Source of the DNA: Chloroflexota bacterium
GTDB lineage: Bacteria > Chloroflexota > Anaerolineae > Promineifilales > Promineifilaceae
Direction: 5' to 3'
Length of the DNA: 64,000 nt
Assembly: GCA_029559155.1 (NCBI GenBank)
Contig: JAKQCM010000240.1
Location: forward strand, 3,130 to 67,129
Shown: piece by piece, positions 55,976 through 64,000 of the stretch
Layout: each line of letters starts with the position of its first letter
How positions within the stretch are numbered: the first letter of the stretch is position 1
Position numbers and translations under genes: made by a program
Notes under the pieces: generated by a model
What the model was told of the DNA's origin: nothing
Database searches by the model: none
The model's input: the letters and a program-made list of their open reading frames with translations, nothing else

Positions 55976-57358
55976 ATGAACGGATTACTAAAAACAACGG
56001 GCACTCTGCTGCTGCTTCTCCTTGTCCTGGGGGTGGGGTACGTCGGGTATTCCAGCTCCAACAGCCAGACGGCCGACCTGCTAGGGCAAATAAAGACCAC
56101 GCTCGGCTCAGACGACACGGCCGTTGCCAATCCCATGCCCACACCGCCCCCCACCGTGCCAGTCGAACGCGGCGACGTAGAAGAAACCATCATCGCCCCT
56201 GGCCAATTAGCCGGCACAAAAGAACAGATCTTACCCGCCGGCGTGGGCGGCACAATCGCAGAATTACACGTGCGGCCAGGTGACAGGGTGAAAGCCGGAG
56301 AAGTGCTGGCGCAGATTGACCGACGGCCGTATGAAGAAGCCCTCTCTCTGGCCCAACTAAAACTCTCCCTCGCACAGGAAGAATTAATACGCCAGATCGC
56401 CAACGCAGAATTGGCCGTGCAGAGCGCCGCAACCGGCGTCGCCTCGGCGCAGGCGAGCTATCCCAACCAGACAGCCGCCCAAATCAGAGTGCAGCAAGCC
56501 CAACAATCCCTCGCCGACGCCCAGGCCGCCTACAACAAAGCGTTTGATCCGGGGCGCGACTGGGAACTCAACGACCCTTACCGCGCCGAGACGCTTAAAG
56601 CGGAGCGCGAAGCCGCCCCCCGGCAAGTGCAAATGGCCGAAGATACCCTGTCCATCGCTCAGGCAGAATTGGCGAGCGTGCAAAACCAAAGTTGGGCCAA
56701 CAGCCAGAGCGTCAACGGAGCTGAAATTAGCGTCACAAAAGCGCAGGCTGAATTGGATGCCTTACGAGCCAACGGCGTTGATCCCTTACTGCAATGGGCA
56801 GTGGATAAGGCCCAAGCCGACCTGGACGCGACCACTACCGTCGCCCCGTTTGATGGCGTGATACTGGAGGTGGGCGTGCGCGTAGGCCAAAATGTAAGCG
56901 CCGGTCAATTACTGCTGCTTCTGGCCGATTTGCAGCAGGGAGAGGTGCTGGCCTCGGTCATTGAGGAAGATTTGCCCCTGGTACGTCTTGGGCAGCGTGT
57001 CGAAATCTACTTCGACGCCGTACCCGACAGCACGATTACCGGCACGGTTAACCGCATAGTACCCCAACGCACGAACGCGGAACGTCCACTTTACGCGGTG
57101 TATATCACCGTGGATGAACTGCCAGAGATGCTGCTGCCGGGCATGACGGCCGACGCCATCATCATCATCCAGCGGCAAGAAGATGTGCTGCGGCTGCCTC
57201 GCACCTTGATTCGGGCGGGCGATGATGATACGGCGGTAGTGCAGGTGTGGCACAACGGCGCCGCTGAACCGCGCACCATACAGATCGGCCTGCGTGGTGA
57301 CACATATGTGGAAATCCTCTCTGGGTTAACAGAGGGGGAATTGGTATTAGGCCAATAA
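55976..57358 (+). CDS. HlyD/MacA-type periplasmic adaptor subunit
   Basis: N-terminal TM anchor, long coiled-coil hairpin, beta-barrel C-terminus. Directly upstream of the MacB-type ABC genes. Confidence 0.85.
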   Translation: MNGLLKTTGTLLLLLLVLGVGYVGYSSSNSQTADLLGQIKTTLGSDDTAVANPMPTPPPTVPVERGDVEETIIAPGQLAGTKEQILPAGVGGTIAELHVRPGDRVKAGEVLAQIDRRPYEEALSLAQLKLSLAQEELIRQIANAELAVQSAATGVASAQASYPNQTAAQIRVQQAQQSLADAQAAYNKAFDPGRDWELNDPYRAETLKAEREAAPRQVQMAEDTLSIAQAELASVQNQSWANSQSVNGAEISVTKAQAELDALRANGVDPLLQWAVDKAQADLDATTTVAPFDGVILEVGVRVGQNVSAGQLLLLLADLQQGEVLASVIEEDLPLVRLGQRVEIYFDAVPDSTITGTVNRIVPQRTNAERPLYAVYITVDELPEMLLPGMTADAIIIIQRQEDVLRLPRTLIRAGDDDTAVVQVWHNGAAEPRTIQIGLRGDTYVEILSGLTEGELVLGQ

Positions 57359-57381
57359 TACAGGGCCAAGGGTTTACCTCA

Positions 57382-58047
57382 ATGACAAGCATTATTCAAG
57401 TTGAGAATTTGGAAAAGACCTATACGCTGGGCCAAAACGACGTTCACGCTCTGCGCGGCGTTACCTTTCAGGTGGCGGCCGGTGAATTTGTGGCCCTGAC
57501 AGGGCCTTCAGGCAGCGGCAAATCGACGCTCATGCACCTGCTGGGCTGCCTGGACCGGCCGTCCGACGGCCGTTACCTCCTGCAAAACCGCGATGTTGGC
57601 CGTCTGTCCGCGGATGAACAGGCGGAAGTACGTAACCAGCACATTGGTTTTGTCTTTCAAAAATTCAACCTGCTGCCTCGGATTACGGCTTTGGAAAACG
57701 TCATGCTGCCTCTGCTTTATCGCGGCCGGGTGAAAGATGCTAAACAGCAAGCGACGGCCGCGCTGCACACAGTCGGGCTGGCCAACCGCGCCCACCATCG
57801 CCCGGCAGAGATGTCTGGCGGGCAGCAGCAGCGGGTGGCCATTGCCCGCGCCCTGGTAACAGACCCGGCCATCATTTTGGCCGATGAACCAACCGGCAAT
57901 CTGGACAGCCGCACTGGCGCGGAGGTATTGGATTTGCTGCTCAACCTGGCGGCTAACGGCCGTACCATCCTTGTTGTCACGCATGATCCCACGGTGGCCG
58001 GCCGCGCCGGGCGGGTGTTGCAAATGATGGATGGGGTGATGCAGTAA
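57382..58047 (+). CDS. ABC transporter ATP-binding protein (MacB/LolD type)
   Basis: Walker [10 protein letters not shown]. Signature SGGQQQR. Walker B ILADEPT. Confidence 0.93.
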   Translation: MTSIIQVENLEKTYTLGQNDVHALRGVTFQVAAGEFVALTGPSGSGKSTLMHLLGCLDRPSDGRYLLQNRDVGRLSADEQAEVRNQHIGFVFQKFNLLPRITALENVMLPLLYRGRVKDAKQQATAALHTVGLANRAHHRPAEMSGGQQQRVAIARALVTDPAIILADEPTGNLDSRTGAEVLDLLLNLAANGRTILVVTHDPTVAGRAGRVLQMMDGVMQ

Positions 58048-58085
58048 ATGGGCGACCTGGCGCGCCGATTCAGGAGAAGAATGAG

Positions 58086-59381
58086 ATGACCTGGCTAAAC
58101 ATTATTCGCACGGCCGTACAAGGCATTACCAGCAACAAGCTGCGCTCCGCCCTGACCATGACGGGCATTATTATCGGCGTGGCTTCAGTGATCGCCATGC
58201 TGGCTTTGGGCAACGGCGCCCGCCAGGAGGTGGAGTCCAGCTTCCGCTTTCTTGGTTCGGACGAAATTGAAATTGGCATGGAACAGACGCTGGAAGATGG
58301 CGAAATGCGGCCGAAAGGCAAACTGCTCTCCTTTGCCGATGGCTTGGAAATGGTAGCCAACGTGCCCCTGGTTGACCGGGTAGAGATGATGGTAACGGGG
58401 TATGGCAAGGCGCGTAACGGCCGTTACGTGGCCGACATCACCGCGACAGGGGCCATGGCCGATGCGCTGCCGGGTCTGGCGCAAAAGAATCAGACCCAAC
58501 CGCTGGGCTGGCCGGACGGTCAACCTCTGACGAACGAGGCATTTTTGGCCAACGGCCGTTTCTTCACCCCCGCTGAAGTGGCCGGCGGCGCGGAGGTGTG
58601 CGTGCTGGCGCACAAAACCGCGCTCGACCTCTTTGCCGGAGATAACCCGGTTGGCGAGACTATCTGGTTAAACCGCCAGCGGTGCCAGGTCATTGGCACA
58701 CTACGCGAATTAGAATCCACCAATCCGCAGGAACGCTACGGGAGTACCAATATCAATGAAGGGCTTTATCTGCCGATTAGCACGGCCGTAACCCACTTGT
58801 TTGCCAAAGAGCCGGCCGTTCTTATCGCCGCCCATGTGCGCGACGAAGCGCAGATGGAAACGGCCAAAGAGCAAATTGCCGCCTACTTGCGCCAGCGCCA
58901 CGGCATCACCCCAGGCGACGCGGGCAATGATACCGATGACTTTTTTATGACCACGCGGCAGGACGTGTTGGGGGCCAAACTGGAAGCGGCGCGTACGTTT
59001 TCCCTGCTGTTGGCGGCCATGGCTACCGTCTCGTTGGTGGTGGGCGGCATCGGCATTATGAACGTGATGCTGGTGAGTGTGACCGAACGCACACGAGAAA
59101 TAGGGGTGCGCATGGCAATTGGGGCGCGGCGGCGCGACCTCATTCGGCACTTTTTGCTGGAAGCGGTGTTGATTAGTGCGCTGGGCGGGTTGTTGGGAAC
59201 GGCCGTCGGCATTCTGGTAATCCCGTTAGCGGCGCAACTGAACGGCAGTCCGGCGCTGTTGCAGCCAAACAGCATTCCCCTGGCCTTTGGCGTGGCCCTG
59301 CTGACAGGTGTCGTCTTTGGCCTCTACCCGGCCGTGCGGGCAGCGTATTTGAAGCCGATAGATGCGCTGCGCTACGAATAA
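58086..59381 (+). CDS. ABC transporter permease (MacB periplasmic core + FtsX domain)
   Basis: 431 aa. N-terminal TM, ~250-aa extracytoplasmic domain, C-terminal FtsX-like three TM helices ([14 protein letters not shown]). Confidence 0.88.
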   Translation: MTWLNIIRTAVQGITSNKLRSALTMTGIIIGVASVIAMLALGNGARQEVESSFRFLGSDEIEIGMEQTLEDGEMRPKGKLLSFADGLEMVANVPLVDRVEMMVTGYGKARNGRYVADITATGAMADALPGLAQKNQTQPLGWPDGQPLTNEAFLANGRFFTPAEVAGGAEVCVLAHKTALDLFAGDNPVGETIWLNRQRCQVIGTLRELESTNPQERYGSTNINEGLYLPISTAVTHLFAKEPAVLIAAHVRDEAQMETAKEQIAAYLRQRHGITPGDAGNDTDDFFMTTRQDVLGAKLEAARTFSLLLAAMATVSLVVGGIGIMNVMLVSVTERTREIGVRMAIGARRRDLIRHFLLEAVLISALGGLLGTAVGILVIPLAAQLNGSPALLQPNSIPLAFGVALLTGVVFGLYPAVRAAYLKPIDALRYE

Positions 59382-59528
59382 GGCCACGCGTCAAACCCGA
59401 CCCAAAGCCCACACAATCTTCATCAAATCTTGACAACCGCTTACCTATAATACTTGCAAAACATGACAGGCACATTTCTTGAGCCGTCGCTCAAACAAAC
59501 AAACAAACATATTCGAGGAGAAATTAAA

Positions 59529-60095
59529 ATGACAGAAGAGACAATTGGCAAGAAAAACAACCGCGTAGGTTTATTCTTTGGTGGAGCTTTCGTATTGCTG
59601 CTGTTATTGGCCGCGACTTTTTTAGGCGGCAAACTCATGGCTCAAAATGAGGGGGGAGTGCCCTTAGCCGATGTCGCTCAGCCCATCACCTTGCAAGATG
59701 GCAATGTAGCCCAAAGTATTCCAGCCCCGCAAATGGAGATGGCTGCCGAACTGCCCGCCAGAGCGCCGGAAACAACAGGGCTGTTTGTGGGCCGCACCGA
59801 TGACACCCTGACCATTGGGACAGGCAATATCATGGCTATGATTTCCTCTGAACCCAACGCCGTGCCAGAGTTTAGCTACGACGGCATACAGCAAAATGTC
59901 TTGGTGACGAACAAAACCAGGTTATACATAGATAGAACCGAGTATGCTTTTGGGCAAACGGCCGTCCAACAAAAATTGGAGGAAGTGGAAAGCCTGGATG
60001 TACTAACAGAAAATGCCATCCTCGAAGTGTGGGGCGAGCGGTCTGGTGACCAAATCGTGGCCGAGGCTATTCTCTTGCAATTACCCAAGCGGTAA
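59529..60095 (+). CDS. membrane-anchored hypothetical protein
   Basis: GAGGAG SD before the ATG at 59529. Single N-terminal TM (VGLFFGGAFVLLLLLAATFLGG). No family recognised. Confidence 0.55.
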   Translation: MTEETIGKKNNRVGLFFGGAFVLLLLLAATFLGGKLMAQNEGGVPLADVAQPITLQDGNVAQSIPAPQMEMAAELPARAPETTGLFVGRTDDTLTIGTGNIMAMISSEPNAVPEFSYDGIQQNVLVTNKTRLYIDRTEYAFGQTAVQQKLEEVESLDVLTENAILEVWGERSGDQIVAEAILLQLPKR

Positions 60096-60259
60096 AATAA
60101 TAGGCAATACAAGGCAAGTGGTAAATGACCAGCGTCATTTACTACTTGCCATTTATTCCTTTGTTTTTAACTTCCTTTCCATTAAGATTCCAATGACGCC
60201 TCAAGTAGATGGCGTGGTCAGGAGGCCGGCCACAGCGGGGGTAAACGGTTGAGATTCCA

Positions 60260-60955
60260 ATGATGCCGCAAAAGATATTGGTAGTAGACGACGATGTGAA
60301 AATTGTGAACCTGGTAAAGTTGTACCTGGAACAGGAACGGTATCAGGTGTTTATGGCATTCGATGGGTTACAGGCGCTAGAAATAGCCCGGCAAAAACAA
60401 CCCGACCTGATCATTTTGGATTTGATGCTGCCAAAGATAGATGGCCTGGATGTACTGCGACTGCTCACCCAAGAAGGCGGCCCACCCATCATCATGCTTA
60501 CGGCCCGGCGTACGGAAGACGATAAACTAATTGGCCTGGAACTAGGCGCAGACGATTATGTGACCAAACCGTTCAGCCCACGCGAATTGGTGGCGCGGGT
60601 GCGGGTGGTGCTGCGTCGGCTGCAAAAAGCTCAATCTAACCAACCGGACCAGGTGCAGCTTGGCGAATTGGTGGTGGATTATGTGCGGCGAGAAGCAAGA
60701 AGAGCGGGCAGCATTCTTGCTCTGACACCGGCTGAGTTTAACTTGCTGGCTTTCATGGCCCAAAAGCCGGGCCGCGTTTACTCCCGCCAGGAGCTGCTAG
60801 ACGAACTATTTGGCTACGACGCCGCCAGCCTGGAACGCACCATTGATACGCACATCATGAACCTGCGCCGCAAAATAGAGCCTGACCCGGCCCACCCCAT
60901 TTATGTGCAGACAGTGTATGGGCAAGGCTATCGAGTGGAAGCTGGTGATCGGTAA
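60260..60955 (+). CDS. OmpR/PhoB-family response regulator
   Basis: VVDDD, LDLMLP, MLTA, KPF receiver motifs. Winged helix TVYGQGYRV. Confidence 0.92.
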   Translation: MMPQKILVVDDDVKIVNLVKLYLEQERYQVFMAFDGLQALEIARQKQPDLIILDLMLPKIDGLDVLRLLTQEGGPPIIMLTARRTEDDKLIGLELGADDYVTKPFSPRELVARVRVVLRRLQKAQSNQPDQVQLGELVVDYVRREARRAGSILALTPAEFNLLAFMAQKPGRVYSRQELLDELFGYDAASLERTIDTHIMNLRRKIEPDPAHPIYVQTVYGQGYRVEAGDR

Positions 60956-61070
60956 TTGGGAGCCGACACAAGGGTCGCTCCAACATCTGGCATCGACCCC
61001 ATGAACTCCTGAAGGGCCAGAAATTTGTAAAGCGCCTCTTCCAGCGCGCCAATTATTACCGGAAAAAGAT

Positions 61071-62600
61071 ATGCGCCACAAACTACAAACCCGCCTTTTC
61101 GTCACCCTGATCAGCGTCGCCGTGATTGCCTTGGCGATTGTGGTCATGGTTGCCATGCAACAGACGCGCCGCCAATTTGGAGCCTATGTGGCTCGTGACC
61201 AGATGATCACCCTGAACCAGACGGCGCAACTGTTTGAAGCGCCCATTCTGGCCGGCTCGTTGGCGGAACTGGACAGCCTGACGGCCGAAGTTGCCCAGGC
61301 ATATGGCATTATGGCCTACGTATACAATCCGGTGGGGGTGATTGTGGCCGCTTCTGATCTGGCGCAGGTAGGGCAGAGGGTAACGGCCGTTCCCCTACCT
61401 GCTGTTGGTCTGGCTCTCAAACAAGACGCGCCCAATGGAGAAGCCAGCACCATCCACTTCTTTTCCACGTTGGGAAACAACCAATTGGTAGAAGCGACAA
61501 TCAACATGCCCAGCAGCGCCGATCTAGTCGGCAATCGTCAATGGCTGGCGTCGGATTTATCAATCCCAGATGAAGCCTTCCTTGTAATCGGCGAAACCTC
61601 CTCCCCAACCACTACCTCCTCTCTGGCATTGGCTTACTCGCCTGTGCCGCTGCCCGATGTACTGATAGACACCTCTGCCAGCCAGAACGCTTTCGTGCAA
61701 CTTGTCAATCGCGCCTTTGCGGCGGCTCTGGGGATCTCGCTGCTGGTGGCCGTGCTGCTTAGTTGGGTTACGGCGCGCCGCATTTTGCGCCCCGTGCAAA
61801 CCCTCACCGCGGCCACCCGGCAAATGGGACAGGGCGATCTCAGCATTCGCGTGGCCGTGCGCGGCAAAGATGAATTGGCCGAATTGGGGCAATCGTTTAA
61901 CCAGATGGCCGCCGATCTGGCGCATCAGGAGGAACTGCGCCGTCATCTGGCCGCCGACGTAGCGCATGAATTGTTGACGCCGCTGACGGCCGTGCGCGGC
62001 CACCTGGAGGCAGTGCAGGATGGCCTGCTGGAACCCACGCCAGAGGTCATCAACTCCCTGCATGGCGAGGTGATGTTGTTGGATAAATTGATTGCCGACC
62101 TGCAAGAATTATCGCTGGCGGAAGCGGGACAACTGCACCTGGATATGCAGCCGGTTTCGTTGGTAGAAATCATCATGGGGGCGGTAACGGCCGTTTCCCC
62201 CCAACTCGTCGCCCGCAATCTGGCATTGACAACCCATCTGCCAGACAATTTACCCCTCATAGAACTCGACGCTCGACGCATGGGGCAGGTGTTCCGCAAC
62301 CTGCTGGGCAACGCCATCAAATACAGCGACCCCGGCGGGCAACTGACCGTCACCGCCTGGCAGTCGGGGGACGAACTGCTTGTTAGCGTGCGCGACACAG
62401 GCACAGGCATCGCGCCAGAGCATTTGCCGTATGTTTTCGACCGGTTCTACCGCGCCGACCCTTCACGGGCACGCGATACCGGCGGTTCCGGCCTGGGTTT
62501 GGCGATTGTGAAAGGAGTCGTGGAAGCGCATCACGGCCGTGTGTGGGCGGATAGCGTCCTCGGCGTAGGTTCCACTTTCACCATCAGCCTGCCGCTTTAA
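61071..62600 (+). CDS. sensor histidine kinase (TM, ~200-aa extracytoplasmic domain, HAMP, HisKA, HATPase)
   Basis: H-box AHELLTPLTAV. N-box LLGNAIKYS. G1 DTGTGI. G2 GGSGLGLAI. Confidence 0.9.
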   Translation: MRHKLQTRLFVTLISVAVIALAIVVMVAMQQTRRQFGAYVARDQMITLNQTAQLFEAPILAGSLAELDSLTAEVAQAYGIMAYVYNPVGVIVAASDLAQVGQRVTAVPLPAVGLALKQDAPNGEASTIHFFSTLGNNQLVEATINMPSSADLVGNRQWLASDLSIPDEAFLVIGETSSPTTTSSLALAYSPVPLPDVLIDTSASQNAFVQLVNRAFAAALGISLLVAVLLSWVTARRILRPVQTLTAATRQMGQGDLSIRVAVRGKDELAELGQSFNQMAADLAHQEELRRHLAADVAHELLTPLTAVRGHLEAVQDGLLEPTPEVINSLHGEVMLLDKLIADLQELSLAEAGQLHLDMQPVSLVEIIMGAVTAVSPQLVARNLALTTHLPDNLPLIELDARRMGQVFRNLLGNAIKYSDPGGQLTVTAWQSGDELLVSVRDTGTGIAPEHLPYVFDRFYRADPSRARDTGGSGLGLAIVKGVVEAHHGRVWADSVLGVGSTFTISLPL

Positions 62601-62844
62601 TACGCAACCGAATACTTTTAGCCTCCGCGTCCTCTGCGCCCTCCGCGGTAAAATTCCGGGATTCGTCAGTCAATCTGGATTGGAGACTGGTTCAATCCTC
62701 AATCTACCGTAGGCTATTTACGCCGCGTTCCCAACCAGAGAGGCCCCTTGCATCACGTTTCACGGCCAACCTCAAAAAATCCGAAAGTTCTACTTTTTAG
62801 CAGGAAGGAGACGACATGAGCGCAGGCTCAACACCATGAATGAA

Positions 62845-62906
62845 AATCCGCAGATTTCGCAGATGACACAGATTTTTTTCTCTGCGTTCTCTGCGCCCTC
62901 CGCGGT
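62845..62906. repeat. short structured repeat (CGCAGAT-type units facing CTGCG units); partial second copy at 62621-62649
   Basis: ATCCGCAGATTTCGCAGATGACACAGAT...TCTGCGTTCTCTGCGCCCTCCGCGGT. The 18-mer CTCTGCGCCCTCCGCGGT occurs at 62632-62649 and 62889-62906. Confidence 0.55.
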
Positions 62907-62926
62907 TTTATTTTCTGAGGAGACAT

Positions 62927-64000
62927 ATGAAACGAGATTTTGCATACATTGTTCTGGGATTGGGCGGCATCGGCAGCGGGGCGCTGTATTGGCTGGCGCG
63001 GCAGGCGGGCGGCGACGTGCTGGGGCTGGAGCAGTTTGAAATCGGCCACGTGCGCGGCGGCTCGCAGGACCATTCGCGCATCATCCGCTTGTCTTACCAC
63101 ACGCCGGGCTATGTGGAACTGGCCAAAGCGGCTTATGGCGCGTGGACGGCCGTCGAAACCGACCTCGGCCAATCACTCATCGTCAAAACAGGCGGGTTGG
63201 ACCTGTTTCCGGCCAATGCGGCCATCCCCAGCCGTGATTACACGGCCAGCATGGACGCTGGCGGCGTGCCCTACGACTGGCTGAGCGCCGCCGAGGTCAT
63301 GGCCCGCTGGCCCCAGTTCCGCCTGACCGACGACGTGCGCGCGCTCTTCCAGGCGGAAAGCGGCATCGCCCCGGCGGCGAAGTGCAACGCGGCCCATTTA
63401 AAGCTGGCGCAGCAGTATGGGGCTGTGGTGAAGGATGGCGTGGGAGCAACGGCCGTTACCACCCAGGGCAATACCATCGTTGTAAAAACCGGCGGCGAGA
63501 CCTATCACTGCCACAAACTCATCGTGGCCAACGGCGCGTGGACCAATCACACCCTGGTCCAATTCGGCCGTAAGCTGCCGCTGACCGTCACACAGGAACA
63601 GGTCGTCTACTACAATACGCCCCACGCCGCCGAATTTATGCCCGACCGTTTCCCCATCTGGATATGGATGGATGAGCCGAGTTTTTACGGCTTCCCGGTG
63701 TACGGCGAAGCCGGGCCCAAAGCGGCGCAAGACGTGGGCGGCGACGTGGTGACAGCCGAATCGCGCTCGTTTGAACCCAACCCGGCAGTGCAGCAGCGCG
63801 TAGACGATTTTGTCCAGCGCATCCTGCCCCACGCCTACGGCCCTCCCATTCTCACCAAGACCTGCCTGTACACCCTCACGCCGGACCGGGATTTTGTCAT
63901 CGACACGCTGCCGGAAAATCCCAATGTGATTGTGGCCGTTGGCGCGGGGCACGCCTTTAAGTTTGCCTCGGTGATCGGCCGGATTTTGAGCCAGCTGGCC
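62927..64000 (+). CDS. monomeric sarcosine oxidase / N-methyltryptophan oxidase-family FAD enzyme (3-prime end outside the window)
   Basis: Not in the ORF track because no stop is reached. GAGGAG SD, ATG 62927, open for 358 codons to the window edge. FAD-binding IVLGLGGIGSGALYWLA. C-terminal GAGHAFKFASVIG. Confidence 0.85.
   Translation, partial: MKRDFAYIVLGLGGIGSGALYWLARQAGGDVLGLEQFEIGHVRGGSQDHSRIIRLSYHTPGYVELAKAAYGAWTAVETDLGQSLIVKTGGLDLFPANAAIPSRDYTASMDAGGVPYDWLSAAEVMARWPQFRLTDDVRALFQAESGIAPAAKCNAAHLKLAQQYGAVVKDGVGATAVTTQGNTIVVKTGGETYHCHKLIVANGAWTNHTLVQFGRKLPLTVTQEQVVYYNTPHAAEFMPDRFPIWIWMDEPSFYGFPVYGEAGPKAAQDVGGDVVTAESRSFEPNPAVQQRVDDFVQRILPHAYGPPILTKTCLYTLTPDRDFVIDTLPENPNVIVAVGAGHAFKFASVIGRILSQLA

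Larger units (their letters stand above)
344..63456. repeat. dispersed highly iterated palindrome ACGGCCGT (often extended towards GGAAACGGCCGTTTCC)
   Basis: About 115 exact copies by manual scan, e.g. 344-351, 887-894, 1518-1525, 3403-3410, 3692-3699, 16178-16185, 18245-18252, 20501-20508, 63449-63456. Perfect 16-mers at 15065-15080 and 43915-43930. Confidence 0.85.

Overview
This is a 64-kb window of a GC-rich bacterial chromosome. Sampled lines are mostly about 55-68% GC, and a Chloroflexota-like lineage is only a weak guess.

Most of the window is densely packed housekeeping genes:
- three tRNAs
- rpoC, and prfB with its programmed +1 frameshift
- ftsY, xseA/xseB, tag, rsfS, ndk and an H+/Na+-pyrophosphatase
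- type-2 IPP isomerase plus a polyprenyl synthase
- an envelope-glycan cluster (UXS, O-antigen-ligase-like, GtrA, GT4)
- three two-component systems
- a MacAB-type efflux module

Five things stand out:
1. A lower-GC three-gene minus-strand island at 14.8-21.2 kb. It encodes a standalone Nudix protein, a 1400-aa fusion (pseudo-receiver, kinase-like domain, Nudix, P-loop ATPase with winged helix), and a second ATPase with a C-terminal death-like effector-associated domain. I think this is a candidate undescribed NTPase-based conflict or signalling system.
2. The octamer palindrome ACGGCCGT occurs about 115 times by my manual scan. That is roughly 50-70 times more than base composition predicts. 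It lies in all reading frames and in intergenic DNA, like cyanobacterial HIP1.
3. A 1930-aa hyper-acidic protein is capped by TPR repeats. It carries eight copies of an AMAWLExLAARQGAPLDELP module and many PDWL motifs.
4. A roughly 65-nt hairpin (REP/MITE-like) element is present in three copies.
5. An IS remnant borders a palindrome-free, lower-GC block of small membrane-protein genes, next to a MalT/LuxR regulator.

All counts and GC values are by-eye estimates, and no database search was possible.
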